The translations under genes and the position numbers were made by a program. A DNA stretch of 64,000 nt from Polyangiaceae bacterium. GTDB taxonomy: Bacteria; Myxococcota_A; Polyangia; Polyangiales; Polyangiaceae. This document shows, piece by piece, positions 29,590 through 40,453 of the stretch. The notes under the pieces are model-generated. The model made no database searches, was not told the DNA's origin, and saw only the letters and a program-made list of their open reading frames with translations. Where the stretch lies: NCBI GenBank assembly GCA_035063585.1, contig JAPSGB010000008.1:64001-128000 (forward strand), read 5' to 3'. Numbering within the stretch: position 1 is the stretch's first letter; every line of letters starts with the position of its first letter.

Positions 29590-30747
29590 CTAGCACGTTC
29601 GGTCGAATGGCCGGGCGCTTCGCGCCCAGGCGAACAGCGCGTCGTGGACCCGGGGGCGCGCCGCCCGGATCCCAACGTTCGCCCGGGTCGGGTTCACGCG
29701 GTTGGTCAGCAGCACGACCGCGGCGTCCGCCTCGGGGTCGCACCAGAGGCTCGTGCCGGTGAAGCCGAGATGGCCGAAGGTGCCAGCGCTGCTCGTCTCG
29801 CCCGCCGAGGAACCGCTCGCCGCGCGTCCGTCGAAGCCCGCGCGCAGGGTGCCGGCGGGTCGTTGCCTGACCAGCGTCAAGGCGTCCCGGCGCGAGAGCC
29901 ACTCGCCGCGACGCCCGGCGACGGCGTCGAGCCAGGCCGCGCCGAAGCGCGCGACCGCGCCGGCGGTCCCGAAGAGTCCCGCGTGCCCCGAGAGGCCGTG
30001 GCCAGCGAGCGCCCACGCGTTCTCGTCGTGGACCATGCCGGCGAGCGCGCCGCCACGCCACGGGACGTCCTCGGTGCGCGCGACGCGCGCGACGAAATCT
30101 GCGGTCGACCCCAGCCATTTTCGCGCCGAACCGACCCCCCCCAGCCCGAGCGGCGCGAGCACCTCGCGCTCCACGAGCGCGTCGAGCGGGGTGTCGAGCG
30201 TGTGCTCGAGCGCGGCGCCCGCGAGAAGGTAGCCGAGATCGCTATATTCGGGGGGAAACCCCTCCGGCGGCGGCGGCCCGTGGGCGCTCGGGCGTCGAGC
30301 CGACGCCGCGACGCGGAGCGCGCGGTCACGCTCGACCGGGCGCCCCTCGACGAGCGGCGCGAAGAGCTCGCGGTGCGCCTCGAGCCCCGCCCGGTGCGCG
30401 AGCAGGAGCTCGAACGGGACGGTCGCGCTCGCCGTGCCGCCGACGAGGGGGAGCAGGGCTTGGAGCGGAGCCCCGAGAGACAGCGACCCCGCGGCCGCCG
30501 CGCGCGCGGCGGCGGTGGCCACGAAGGGCTTGGTCACCGACGCCAGGTCGAACGGCGTGTCCGGTGAGATGGCGGCGTCGTCATGCACGGCGAGCGTGCC
30601 CGCCGCGCCCGTGGCGACGGTCCAGCCGGCCCCGGCTCGGACCGCGACCGCGACGGCCGCGCCCGGCGCGACCCGGGGCGACACCACGAGGTCGCGCGCG
30701 ACGGCGTCGAGTCGCTCGTCCCGCCAGGTCTGCACCCGAGCTGCCAT
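29590..30747 (-). CDS. Serine hydrolase, beta-lactamase/AmpC-like family
   Basis: FDLASVTK (SxxK), LLAHRAGL, YSDLGY, VHDENA, GHAGLFG, GHLGFTG; start inferred. Confidence 0.88.
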   Translation of the reverse strand: MAARVQTWRDERLDAVARDLVVSPRVAPGAAVAVAVRAGAGWTVATGAAGTLAVHDDAAISPDTPFDLASVTKPFVATAAARAAAAGSLSLGAPLQALLPLVGGTASATVPFELLLAHRAGLEAHRELFAPLVEGRPVERDRALRVAASARRPSAHGPPPPEGFPPEYSDLGYLLAGAALEHTLDTPLDALVEREVLAPLGLGGVGSARKWLGSTADFVARVARTEDVPWRGGALAGMVHDENAWALAGHGLSGHAGLFGTAGAVARFGAAWLDAVAGRRGEWLSRRDALTLVRQRPAGTLRAGFDGRAASGSSAGETSSAGTFGHLGFTGTSLWCDPEADAAVVLLTNRVNPTRANVGIRAARPRVHDALFAWARSARPFDRTC

Positions 30748-30876
30748 ATCGCAGGGCCCCATGAGGTGCAAAAAGCCGGGCCTCGCGCCCCCGGGCGGCC
30801 ACGGCCCATGGGTTCCTTGGGTTCGAAGTGCCGCTCGCGCTAGTCTGTGCTCCGTTCGAGAGAAAGGCGACTGACG

Positions 30877-32091
30877 ATGGCCGAGTTCCTGTGGGAGGCC
30901 CGTGCGCGCACGGGCGAGCTGCGCAAGGGCGTGATGACGGCGGACGACGCGGGCATCGTCAACGCGCGCCTCCGCCAACAGCAGCTGAGCCCGGTCAAGG
31001 TCAAGAAGAAGCTCGCGTTCGGCGAGATCAAGTTCGGCACCGGGGTCGGAGTCAAGGACCTCGTCACCTTCAGCCGGCTCTTCGCCACCATGATCGACGC
31101 CGGCCTGCCGCTCGTGCAGTGCCTCGACATCCTCGCGAACCAGCAGCAAAATAAGGCGTTCGCGACCGTGCTGCGCGACGTAAGGTCGTCGGTCGAGCAG
31201 GGGAGCACCTTCAGCGATGCGCTCGCGCGTCACCCGAAGGTGTTCGACGATCTCTACACCAACCTGGTCCGCGCCGGCGAGGTGGGCGGCATCCTCGACA
31301 CCATCATGAACCGGCTCTCCATCTACATGGAGAAGCGGCAGAAGCTGGTCCGCCAGGTCCGCGGCGCGCTCGTCTACCCGAGCGTCGTCGTCGTCATCGC
31401 GGCCGGCGTCATGACGGTGCTCCTCACCTTCGTCATCCCCGCCTTCGAGAACATGTTCAAGGATTTCGGCGGAGGGAAGGACGCTCTGCCGAAGCTCACC
31501 CAGATGGTGATGGCCCTCTCGAAGGGCTTCGTGAGCTACCTGCCGTTCATCGTCGTGGTGGTCATCCTCGCCGCGGTAGGCATCGGCTACGCGTACCGCA
31601 CCCCGCGCGGGAAGCGTTTCTTTCACAACCTGACGCTCACGGTGCCCATCATCGGCGGCGTGGTGCGGAAGGTCGCGGTGGCGCGCTTCACCCGCACGCT
31701 CGGGACGCTCCTCCAATCGGGAGTGCCGATCCTCGACGCGCTCGAGATCTGCGGGCGCACCGCCGGCAACGTGGTCATCGAGGCCGCGGTGATGCACGTT
31801 CGGCAGAAGATCAGCGAGGGGCGCAACATGGCCGAGCCGCTCGCGGAGACCAAGGTCTTCCCGGACATGGTCGTGCAGATGATCGCGGTCGGTGAGCAGA
31901 CCGGCGCGCTCGATCAGATGCTAAATAAGATCGCTGATTTCTATGAGGAGGAGACCGACGTGGCGGTCGCCGCGCTCACCAGCATGCTCGAGCCCATCAT
32001 GATGGTCGGGGTCGGCGGCATGGTCGGCGTGGTGCTGATCTCCATGTATCTTCCGATCTTCTCGCTCGCTGGCAACATCAAGGCCGACTGA
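30877..32091 (+). CDS. pilC: Type IV pilus platform protein PilC (T2SS F family)
   Basis: MAEFLWEAR, ATMIDAGLPLVQCL, GEVGGILD, GEQTGALDQML, MYLPIF. Confidence 0.93.
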   Translation: MAEFLWEARARTGELRKGVMTADDAGIVNARLRQQQLSPVKVKKKLAFGEIKFGTGVGVKDLVTFSRLFATMIDAGLPLVQCLDILANQQQNKAFATVLRDVRSSVEQGSTFSDALARHPKVFDDLYTNLVRAGEVGGILDTIMNRLSIYMEKRQKLVRQVRGALVYPSVVVVIAAGVMTVLLTFVIPAFENMFKDFGGGKDALPKLTQMVMALSKGFVSYLPFIVVVVILAAVGIGYAYRTPRGKRFFHNLTLTVPIIGGVVRKVAVARFTRTLGTLLQSGVPILDALEICGRTAGNVVIEAAVMHVRQKISEGRNMAEPLAETKVFPDMVVQMIAVGEQTGALDQMLNKIADFYEEETDVAVAALTSMLEPIMMVGVGGMVGVVLISMYLPIFSLAGNIKAD

Positions 32092-32116
32092 GGGCGCGGC
32101 CCGGGGTGGTCCGCCC

Positions 32117-33448
32117 ATGAGGTTTCCCCTCGGCATCCCGGACCGGCTGGCGGGCGCGCCGCTGCCACGCCGGCTGGCCTGGCTCACGCTCGCGCGACTC
32201 TTCTTCCTCTCGGCGCTGCTCGCGCTGGTCGTGCTCCTCTACCTGCGCGGCCGGCTGGACCTCGGGTCGTTCTCCATGCGAACGGCGTTCTTGGTGCTCG
32301 GCGTGTCGATCGCGCTGAGCGGCGTCTACGCCGCGCTCTTGCGCGTCGGTCGATGGCTCGAGCCGCTCGCGGACCTCCAGCTCGTGCTCGACCAGCTTGC
32401 CTGGAGCGTCATCGTGTACCTGTCGGGCGGCGCGACGAGCGGCGCGACCTCGCTCTACGGGCTGAGCTGCTTGGTCGGAGCGATCCTCACCGGCATCCGC
32501 GGCGCGCTCGTCGCCGCCATCTCCGGCGCGCTCTGCTTCGCCGCTACCGTGCTCTCGCTGGAGCGCGGCTGGCTCCACCCTCCGCCCGATCAGCCACCGT
32601 CGCTCTACGCCGCCTCGTCCTACGAGCTCGCGTACTACCTGGCCATCAACCTCTTGATGCTGGTGGTCGTGACCCTGCTCGCGGGCTACCTCGCCGAGCG
32701 GCTCAGGCTCACCGGCGGTCAGCTCGTGCTCGCCGAGGAACGCGCGCACGAGGCCGAACACCTGGCGGCGCTCGGCCGGCTCACCGCGGGGCTCGCGCAC
32801 GAGATCCGGAATCCGCTGAGCTCCATCGCCGGCTCGATCCGCATGCTCGAGTCGAGCCCGGCGCTCTCCGAGGAAGATCGCGAGCTCTGCGGCATCGTCG
32901 AGCGCGAGGCGGCCCGGCTGAACGATCTGGTGACCGACATGATGGATCTCTCGCGACCGCGCGCGCCGGTGTTCACCCGCGTGGACGCGGCCGGGGTCGC
33001 GTGCGAGGTGGTCGCGCTCGCCTCGCGCTCCGGTCGCGCCGCGACCGACGTCCGCGTGGTCTACTCGGGCGAGTCGAAGCTCCCCATCCGGGCGGACTCC
33101 GCCCAGCTCCGGCAGCTGATTTGGAACCTGGTTCGGAACGCCGTCCAGGCGAGTGGCGCCGGCGACACCGTGACCGTGGCCGTCGAGCGCGTGGGCGAGC
33201 AGGCGACCCTCTCGGTCGCCGACACCGGGATCGGCATCGACGACGAAGCCAAGTCCCGCATTTTCGACGCGTTCTTCACCACGCGCTCGCAGGGGACCGG
33301 GGTCGGGCTCGCGGTGGTCAAGCGGATCGCCGACGCCCATGGCTTCGCCCTCGCGGTCGACAGCTCGGCCGGTCGCGGCGCCGTCTTTCGCGTCGAGCTG
33401 AGCGCCGCGCTCGCGGCCGCGCCGGAGCCGCCGGCGGGCGACGCGTGA
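32117..33448 (+). CDS. pilS: Membrane sensor histidine kinase, PilS-like
   Basis: Multi-TM N-terminus, AHEIRNPL, NLVRNA, DTGIG, GTGVGL; directly after pilC as in myxobacterial pil loci. Confidence 0.75.
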   Translation: MRFPLGIPDRLAGAPLPRRLAWLTLARLFFLSALLALVVLLYLRGRLDLGSFSMRTAFLVLGVSIALSGVYAALLRVGRWLEPLADLQLVLDQLAWSVIVYLSGGATSGATSLYGLSCLVGAILTGIRGALVAAISGALCFAATVLSLERGWLHPPPDQPPSLYAASSYELAYYLAINLLMLVVVTLLAGYLAERLRLTGGQLVLAEERAHEAEHLAALGRLTAGLAHEIRNPLSSIAGSIRMLESSPALSEEDRELCGIVEREAARLNDLVTDMMDLSRPRAPVFTRVDAAGVACEVVALASRSGRAATDVRVVYSGESKLPIRADSAQLRQLIWNLVRNAVQASGAGDTVTVAVERVGEQATLSVADTGIGIDDEAKSRIFDAFFTTRSQGTGVGLAVVKRIADAHGFALAVDSSAGRGAVFRVELSAALAAAPEPPAGDA

Positions 33449-33596
33449 ACCCGGGACTGTGGTAGGCCGGTCACGGATGTCGTGCCGCGCCGGCTTCGCG
33501 CCGGACCGACCCATCCCCCCCGGGGACCCTCGAGTTCAATATTAGTGCAATGATTCTAGGTGGTTGGGTTGTCGGTTCGGCGCGGAACCGAAGGTT

Positions 33597-33612
33597 TGGC
33601 ATCGGCGTTGCG
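33597..33612 (+). promoter_or_regulatory. Sigma54 (-24/-12) promoter
   Basis: TGGCAT-CGGCG-TTGCG, exact GG-N10-GC spacing, 37 nt before ATG 33650. Confidence 0.65.
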
Positions 33613-33649
33613 TATGATGCTGCGAGGCCCCAAATAAGCGGGTGACAAA

Positions 33650-34255
33650 ATGAAGCGTAGTACTCTGCTCAAGGTTCTGTTCGTCGCCGTCCTCGGGATC
33701 GCGCTGCCGCTCCCTGCGTTCGCCAGTGACTCGAACGCGGAGTCCTTCGTCAAGTCGAAGCACGCCGAGCTCTCCGCGCTCCTCTCGCAGCCGGCCACCG
33801 CGGCGAACGAGAAGCAGATCCAAGGCGTGTTCGACCGCCTGCTCGACTACGACTCACTCGCCAAGGAGTCGCTCCACGAGTACTGGGGCGAGCGCAGCGA
33901 CGCCGAGAAGAAGGAGTTCCGCGACGTCCTCGAGCGGTTGGTGCGCGGCGCCTATCGGAAGAACCTGAGGAAGACGCTCGACTACGACATCGAGTATCGG
34001 GGCAGCGACAAGGCGCAGCAGGGCTACCTGGTGCGGACGGTGGCCAAGAGCCGGTCGAGCCAGCGCGAGGACCCGGTCAGCATCGACTACCTGCTCCACA
34101 AGGTCGACGGGCAGTGGCGGGTCTACGACATCGTCACCGAGGGCTCGAGCCTGGTTCAGAACTATCGCAGCCAGTTTCGCCGGGTCATCAAGAAGAAGGG
34201 CTTCGAGGAGCTGATGCGGCGGATGAAGGCCAAGCTCGAGAAGGAGTCGGCCTGA
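33650..34255 (+). CDS. mlaC: MlaC/Ttg2D family periplasmic lipid-binding protein
   Basis: Signal peptide; IDYLL..WRVYDIVTEGSSLVQNYRSQF. Confidence 0.85.
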   Translation: MKRSTLLKVLFVAVLGIALPLPAFASDSNAESFVKSKHAELSALLSQPATAANEKQIQGVFDRLLDYDSLAKESLHEYWGERSDAEKKEFRDVLERLVRGAYRKNLRKTLDYDIEYRGSDKAQQGYLVRTVAKSRSSQREDPVSIDYLLHKVDGQWRVYDIVTEGSSLVQNYRSQFRRVIKKKGFEELMRRMKAKLEKESA

Positions 34256-34337
34256 GCCAGAGCGCCCAGGCGACGCGGGCGAGGATCGCCGGCTGTTTGC
34301 CCCGGCGCCCTTCGAGCCTGGTACGATCTCGGCTCGA

Positions 34338-36569
34338 GTGACCTCCCGAGCCATCTCCCGCCGGGCGCGCGCGCCGGGCCCGGCCGAGCCGAGCGCGCCC
34401 GACGAGCCGCGCGTCCCGCTGCGGCTCATCGTGACCCGCGGCGCCCTCGGCCTCGAGCTCTACGAGCCGGTCGAGCTCGGGCCGCTGTCGGTCCGGCGCC
34501 TCTCGCTGACGCTGCCTGGGCTCGCGTTCCCGCTCGATCTCTCCGGCGGCGTGCGAGTATTTCGGCATCGGCGCGGCGAGCTCGAGACGCTCGAGCTCGC
34601 GCTCGCCCCGGAGTCGCTCGCGCGCTGGCTCGAGCCGCGCTGGGCGAGCGTGCTCGGGGGCGCCGAGCGCCGGGTCACCGTGTGGGTGGAGCCGCCCCGG
34701 ATCGGGCTCGGGCTGGTCTCGGGAGACGCGGCGCTCGCCTTCGATCTGCTGTGGGCGCCTTCGGGCGGCGACGCGCGGCTGATCATCGACGCGGCGCGAG
34801 GCGCGAACCTCGAGGGGCCGGCGCTCGGCTACGCGATGCGCGCGGTCGACGCAGCCCTCGGCGCCGGTGCCGAGCGGCGAGGGCGGGTCATCACCGTGGA
34901 GGCGGCGGGCGCGCGGCTCGGTCGCGCGCTGCTCCCCGCGGTGGGCGCGCGGGCACCGGCGGCGAGCCGGGTGCGCTTCGGCCCGCTCGAGCTCGACGGG
35001 GACCTGCTCCGGGTCGAGCTCGACTCCGAGAACCCGCCGGCGGCGCTCTCCGCCGAGCCGACCCAGGCGCTCGAGCTCGCGCGGCTGGTCGCGGGCGCGG
35101 ACGAGGCGCTCGCGCGCGGCGCGGTGGACGAGGCCCGCGCGGGGTATCTCGTGGCGCTCGAGCAGGCGCCGCGTCACCCGGATCTCGCGCTCGCGGTGGC
35201 GGAGATCGACGCCTACGCGGAAGCCCGCGACGAAGCGGCGCTCGCGCTCCTCGTCGAGTCCCGCGATCCGGTCGGCGCCGGGCTCATCGCCGCGTCGCTG
35301 CTCGCCGCGACCGGCGATCTCGACGGCGCGCGCGAGGCGGTGAGCCGCGCGGCGCTCTCCGAGCGCTTCGCGCCGCTCGCGGCGCTCGGCTGGCGCTGGC
35401 TCGGGCTCCGCGAGCCCGGCGCCGCGGGGAAGCTCCAGGCGCTCGACCGGGCGGTCGCGCGCGCGCCCGCGCTCCCGTGCGCGCGCTGGTCGCGCTTCGA
35501 AGCACGAGTCGCGCGCGGCGACGTGGAGGGCGCCCTCGCGGACGCCGAGCACCTCGAGGCGGCCGCCACCGGCCCTCGTGCGCGCCACGCCGCGAGCGCC
35601 CACGCTGCTCGCGCGCTGCTCGAGGCCGGCTTCGGGCGTGAGGCCGGGCGCTGGTTCGAGCGCGCCCTGCGCTACCTGCCGGACGATCCGGCGGCCACCA
35701 CGGGCTTCGCGCGCTCGCTCATCGAGCTCGGGAGCAAGGAGCGCGCGTTCGGGCTCCTCGAGCGCGCGGTCGCGCTCGCCGAGCGCACGGGGAGCGTCGA
35801 CGCGGTCGCGCTGCTCGAGCTCGCGCGGCTGCTGGCGCGCGAGCTCGGCGACCTGCCACAGGCCATCGCCCGCGCGCGACAGGTGCCCGCGTCCTCGCCC
35901 GGGGCGCTCGAGGCGCGCGGGCTCGAGGCGCGCTGGCGGGCCGCGCTCGGAGATCTGGTGGGCGCGTCGCTCGCCTGGGCGCGCGTGCGCGATCACGTCG
36001 AGCTCACGCCGGAGCCCGACCCGCGCGCGGTCGAGTGGCTCCGGGAGGCGGCGAGGTTCGAGCGCGAGGCCCGGGGCGACGCGCTCGCCGCCGAGCGGCA
36101 CCTGGCGGTGGCGCTCCGCGCCGCGCCGCGCGATCGCGCGCTCGGCGATGCCTATCGGCGGGTGGCCGCCGAGGTAGCGGCGGCGAGCGCCGCGGCCGGC
36201 GCCACGGACAGCGCGGCCGAGCGGCGTGACTCGACGCGCGCGGAGCCCCCGCCCCAGCTCGACGAGTCGGGCCTGCTCGAGCGAGCCGAGGCCCTCGAAG
36301 CCGCGCTCCGACTCGCGCCCGGAGACGGGCAGCTCGCCCGCGAGCTCGTCGAGCTCCTCGAGGCGCTCGGAGACGATGCGCGGCTCTACGCGCTCGCGTC
36401 GGCGCAGCTCGAGGACGCCGACCCGAGCGAGCGAGCGTGGCTCCTGCCGCGCGCTCGCGCCGTGCTCGAGCGTCTCGAGGCCGACGCGAGCGCGCGCGGC
36501 CGCCACGACGAGGCCCGTCTCTACCGGGAGGCGCGCGCGCGCCTCGCCGTGAGCGGCGGCTCAGGCTGA
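34338..36569 (+). CDS. TPR-repeat hypothetical protein
   Basis: Ala/Leu/Arg-rich helical repeats ([22 protein letters not shown]) after a beta-rich N-terminal domain. Confidence 0.7.
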   Translation: MTSRAISRRARAPGPAEPSAPDEPRVPLRLIVTRGALGLELYEPVELGPLSVRRLSLTLPGLAFPLDLSGGVRVFRHRRGELETLELALAPESLARWLEPRWASVLGGAERRVTVWVEPPRIGLGLVSGDAALAFDLLWAPSGGDARLIIDAARGANLEGPALGYAMRAVDAALGAGAERRGRVITVEAAGARLGRALLPAVGARAPAASRVRFGPLELDGDLLRVELDSENPPAALSAEPTQALELARLVAGADEALARGAVDEARAGYLVALEQAPRHPDLALAVAEIDAYAEARDEAALALLVESRDPVGAGLIAASLLAATGDLDGAREAVSRAALSERFAPLAALGWRWLGLREPGAAGKLQALDRAVARAPALPCARWSRFEARVARGDVEGALADAEHLEAAATGPRARHAASAHAARALLEAGFGREAGRWFERALRYLPDDPAATTGFARSLIELGSKERAFGLLERAVALAERTGSVDAVALLELARLLARELGDLPQAIARARQVPASSPGALEARGLEARWRAALGDLVGASLAWARVRDHVELTPEPDPRAVEWLREAARFEREARGDALAAERHLAVALRAAPRDRALGDAYRRVAAEVAAASAAAGATDSAAERRDSTRAEPPPQLDESGLLERAEALEAALRLAPGDGQLARELVELLEALGDDARLYALASAQLEDADPSERAWLLPRARAVLERLEADASARGRHDEARLYREARARLAVSGGSG

Positions 36570-37769
36570 CAGACGCGCGCTCGGCGCCGCGACGAAGCGC
36601 GCGTGCCAGGCGCGCTCGACGTCCCCGAGCGCGTCGACCGGCATCACCGCGGTCACGCGCAGCGGCGTGCCGGTGATCCAGCGCGGCGCGGCGGGCAGGG
36701 CGTCGAGCAGCTCGAGCACGGTGCCCGCGCGCGCGCCGACCTCGACGCCGATGAGGCTCACCGCGCCGAGCCCTTCCTCGAGCGCGAGGTCGGGGAGCCG
36801 CGCGGTCAGCTCTCGGCGCACGCGCGCGAAGTCGGGCACGTTCAGCAGCGGGACCACCGCGACGGCTTCGTCTCCCCGGATCGAGAGATCTCTGAGCGGC
36901 AACGCCAGCAGGGTCGCGGCACCCACCAGGGCCCGCGCGCTGGTCGCCGGCGCGGCGAGGAGCGCGAGCTTGCGTTCGACGACCACCGCGCGACGGGTCG
37001 CATCGTCGACCGCCTCGGGGCCAACGACGGTCTCGCGGGCGGGCGCCCGATCGCCGGTGCGACGAGCGACGATGCGTACTCGGTGCTCCTTGGCCCACTC
37101 GACCGCCTGCGCGTTCAGGACCTTGGCGCCTGATTCCGCCATCTCTTGCATGGTCGCGTAGTCGAGCGCCGGCAGGTGTCGGGCGTCCGGGACCCCGCGC
37201 GGATCCGCCGAGTAGACCCCGTCCACGTCGCTATAGATCTCGCAGCGCTCGGCGCCGAGGGCGGCGGCGAGCGCCACCGCGGTGGTGTCCGAGCCGCCGC
37301 GCCCGAGGGTCGTGATCTCGCGGCGGTAGCTCATCCCCTGGTAGCCCGCGACGATCACGATGCGCCCGCGCGCGAGCTCGTCCTCGATGCGATGCGGGCG
37401 CACCTCGATGATGCGCGCGTCGAAATGGCGATCATTGGTCATGATCCCCGACTGCGATCCGGTGAAGCTGATGGCGTCGAGCCCGCGCGCTTGAATCGCA
37501 ATGGAGAGGAGCGCCATGCTGACGCGCTCTCCGGTGCTCACCAGCATGTCGAGCTCGCGTCGCGGCGGCTCGCACGAACCGTCCCCCACCTGCCGCGCCG
37601 CTTCGCGAGCCAACTCCAGCAGGTTCTCGGTCGTCTTACCCATGGCGCTCACGACCACGACGACGTCGTTGCCAGCCCGCCGGGCGTCCGCGACGTGATC
37701 GGCGACGGCGTGGAGCTTCTCGATGTCGGCGACCGACGACCCGCCGTACTTCTGGACGACGATGGCCAT
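36561..37769 (-). CDS. lysC: Aspartate kinase
   Basis: [45 protein letters not shown]-terminal ACT region divergent. Confidence 0.9.
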   Translation of the reverse strand: MAIVVQKYGGSSVADIEKLHAVADHVADARRAGNDVVVVVSAMGKTTENLLELAREAARQVGDGSCEPPRRELDMLVSTGERVSMALLSIAIQARGLDAISFTGSQSGIMTNDRHFDARIIEVRPHRIEDELARGRIVIVAGYQGMSYRREITTLGRGGSDTTAVALAAALGAERCEIYSDVDGVYSADPRGVPDARHLPALDYATMQEMAESGAKVLNAQAVEWAKEHRVRIVARRTGDRAPARETVVGPEAVDDATRRAVVVERKLALLAAPATSARALVGAATLLALPLRDLSIRGDEAVAVVPLLNVPDFARVRRELTARLPDLALEEGLGAVSLIGVEVGARAGTVLELLDALPAAPRWITGTPLRVTAVMPVDALGDVERAWHARFVAAPSARLSA

Positions 37770-37855
37770 GGCCCCGGCTACCACGCTCCGGACCCGAGGG
37801 CCAAGCTCCCGCGGCCGACCCCCGGCGGCGCGTGGCCGCGACGAAGCGCCGGCTC

Positions 37856-39301
37856 TCAGGCGGCGCGGAGCGCGAGCGGTTGCCACGCGCACAGGCCAGC
37901 GCCGCCACCGGCCACCAGTCGAGCGCGCGCCGCATCCCACAGCAGGGCGTCCACGCGCACCTGCTCGAGCGCGGCCTCGTCGCCGGCCTCGCCCTCGAGC
38001 GCGGCCACGATCTGCGCGGTGGCCGTCAGCGGATCGACCGAGAGGATGTGGGTCGCGCCGGCGAGCTCGGCGAGCACCGCTGCGAATACCTCGAGCTTTC
38101 CGGAGCGCTCCCCGATCGTGAGCGCGGTCACTCCGGTGGTGCCGGGGAGGCGCGTGAACGTCGCGCCGTGGTCGGCGCTGATGGCGAGCCCGACGTTCGG
38201 CGCTGCCAGCGCGATCACGTGGTCGCGCGCCGCCACCAGGAGCCCCTCGCTGCCGGCGATGGGCTCCGCCACGCTCGCGAGCGCGAGCGGTTGCCAGCTC
38301 GCGCCGCCGTCGTCGGAGCGGAGCAGGAGCCGGCGCGCGCGTTCGCGCGCCACGCCGACCAGGGACGGCGCGCCGCTGCTCAGCGCGAGGACGCGGGCGC
38401 GCACGTCGATGGGCGTCCAGGTATCGCCGCCGTCCGCGGTGCTCGACAGCCAGCCGTCGCTCGAGCGCGCGATGACCACCGCGCCGGCGTGGCACAGCTC
38501 GAGCGGACCGCCCATCGTCGCGCGCGGGACCGCGAGCAGCCGCTCACGGACACCGGTGGTGGGGCGGAGCCGCCAGACCTCTCCGAGGTCGTTCGCGTAT
38601 AGGATGCTGCGCCCCCCGTCGAGCGGGGCGACGCTGGCGACCCGCCCACCTGCGAGCGCGAGCGGTCGCGGCTCGTCTCCGCCTTCGGGCAGCGCGAGCA
38701 GCGAGTCGCCGCCGGCGACGATGAGCCCGGCCGACTCGCCGAGCGAGGCGACGGCCCCGGCGTCGGCGTGGAGGAGCGTCATGGGCCACCGCTCGCTCGC
38801 CCAGGGCGGCGGCTCGTGCGGATCCGCCTCGTCGGGTAGGGCGAGCCACGAGGCGTCGGCGAGCTCGCCGACTTCGCCCGCGCCATCGTCATCGAGGTCG
38901 GGCAGCTCCTCGTCGAGCAGGTCGTCGAGGGGCCCCTCGGGGCCGCGTCGATCTTCGGAGCCGAGCGGCTCCTCGCCGAGTCGACCGAGCCCAGTCGTGA
39001 CGTCGAAGCGCTCCGGGCCCAGCGCGTCGTCGCTCGCTTCGTCGCGCTCCGCGGCGGCCTCGAACATGGCCGCTAGGTCGAGCACGAGCTCGTCGCCGTC
39101 GCCGCCCGGTGCCAGCTCCGGCGCTTCGAGCATGAGCCCGATGTCGAGTCCGCTCGCGAGCTCGTCGTCGAGCCCCGTCTCGAGCGCGTCGGGGGTGGCG
39201 AGCTCCGGGCCGCTCTCGAGCGGCCCGTCTCCGTCGTCGCCGTCGTCGAGCGGGGGGAGCGCGCGCGGGCGCTCGCTGTCGTCCGGATGGGACTTCATCA
39301 T
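37856..39301 (-). CDS. Hypothetical protein: acidic N-terminus plus BNR/Asp-box propeller-like domain
   Basis: Asp-boxes [26 protein letters not shown]. Confidence 0.7.
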   Translation of the reverse strand: MMKSHPDDSERPRALPPLDDGDDGDGPLESGPELATPDALETGLDDELASGLDIGLMLEAPELAPGGDGDELVLDLAAMFEAAAERDEASDDALGPERFDVTTGLGRLGEEPLGSEDRRGPEGPLDDLLDEELPDLDDDGAGEVGELADASWLALPDEADPHEPPPWASERWPMTLLHADAGAVASLGESAGLIVAGGDSLLALPEGGDEPRPLALAGGRVASVAPLDGGRSILYANDLGEVWRLRPTTGVRERLLAVPRATMGGPLELCHAGAVVIARSSDGWLSSTADGGDTWTPIDVRARVLALSSGAPSLVGVARERARRLLLRSDDGGASWQPLALASVAEPIAGSEGLLVAARDHVIALAAPNVGLAISADHGATFTRLPGTTGVTALTIGERSGKLEVFAAVLAELAGATHILSVDPLTATAQIVAALEGEAGDEAALEQVRVDALLWDAARARLVAGGGAGLCAWQPLALRAA

Positions 39302-39387
39302 GGTCTTACCGCATCCTAGCAAGCTCTCCGACGTATGAGCGCGGTCGAGTTTGCATACGGTAGCGCATCGACGTAGCGTCGCGCGGC

Positions 39388-39630
39388 GTGGCAGCTTCGC
39401 CGATGATCGGTCGAGGGATGGTGGCGCGGCGCGTTCGCGTCGCGCCGCGTGACGTGGTGTTCGTCAAGGGGATCTTCGAGGCGAGCGAGGGGCTCGGCGC
39501 GATGTTCGCCGAGCGGGGCGGTGATCTGGTGGTCGCCGCGCCGGAGGCGCTCGCCGGAGCGCTCGATGAGCTCCTCGCCGATCTCGCCGAGGAGCTCGCG
39601 GCGCTCGTCGATCCGCTCGTCGTTGGATGA
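39388..39630 (+). CDS. Small protein, DUF4911-like
   Basis: VRVAPRDVVFVKGIFEASEGLG resembles DUF4911 (from memory). Confidence 0.6.
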   Translation: MAASPMIGRGMVARRVRVAPRDVVFVKGIFEASEGLGAMFAERGGDLVVAAPEALAGALDELLADLAEELAALVDPLVVG

Positions 39631-39750
39631 CGTGACGGCATGTGGATAACCTGCGTATCGGCGGCGGCGCTCTCGCAGCGCTCGCGAAATCGGATGAGCA
39701 CGTGAAGCGCCGGTTGCGACCGCGGAGGTGATCCTCTAGCTTCCGCTGCC

Positions 39751-40452
39751 ATGAGCGACGCGCCGCCGCGATGCGACTCGACGCACTGCTCGTCGAGCGA
39801 CGACGAGCAGCTCGCGCTCACGGCGCCCACACGCGTCGTGGACGCGTGGCTCAGCTGGCTCGGCGCGCTCGCGACCGACGCCGAGGCCGCGCTCGCCGCG
39901 GCCATCGCCTACGCGGAGCTCGAAGCCGACGCGCGCGACCAGTGGCTCGCCGCGCTCGAACGTGACGCCTGTCGCGTGAGCGCGCCGCGGATCGCGGTGT
40001 ACGCGCCGCTGCTCGCGGTGGAAGCGGATCCTGCGCGGCGAGAGCGCATCACCGCGGCGATGGGGCCCGCCGACGCGGCGGCCCGGCTGCGGGTCGGCGC
40101 GAGCGCGCTCGGCGGACTCGCCGCCGACGGTACTCGCGTGGCGACGGTGATCACGCCCCTCTACCTCGACTTCGTGCAGGTGCTGGCCTGCGGATATCGG
40201 AACGGCGCCGGGTTCTCGTGGGTGAAGCACGATCCGATCGTGGATCGCCGTGCGGCTCCGCGCGCCGGCGACGTGATCGGCGGCGCGACGCTCGAGCGGA
40301 CGCCGCTGAAGCCGCTGGTCGACGACCTGGCCCAGGCGGTGCTCGCGCACCAGCGCGCAGGGAAGGCGATCCCCGAGGCCCTGCGGATCTTCGCCGATCT
40401 GTTCGGTCCGGTGATCGACGAGCAAGCTGGCGAGCTGACCGCACCGAGGTGA
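39751..40452 (+). CDS. Hypothetical protein
   Basis: GC3-biased frame; 1 nt from the next gene. Confidence 0.7.
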   Translation: MSDAPPRCDSTHCSSSDDEQLALTAPTRVVDAWLSWLGALATDAEAALAAAIAYAELEADARDQWLAALERDACRVSAPRIAVYAPLLAVEADPARRERITAAMGPADAAARLRVGASALGGLAADGTRVATVITPLYLDFVQVLACGYRNGAGFSWVKHDPIVDRRAAPRAGDVIGGATLERTPLKPLVDDLAQAVLAHQRAGKAIPEALRIFADLFGPVIDEQAGELTAPR

Positions 40453-40453
40453 T

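Noticed and set aside
30748..31797. N-terminal extension of the 735-aa ORF 29590..31797
   Set aside because: Antisense to pilC; hydrolase motifs are confined to the part below about 30750.
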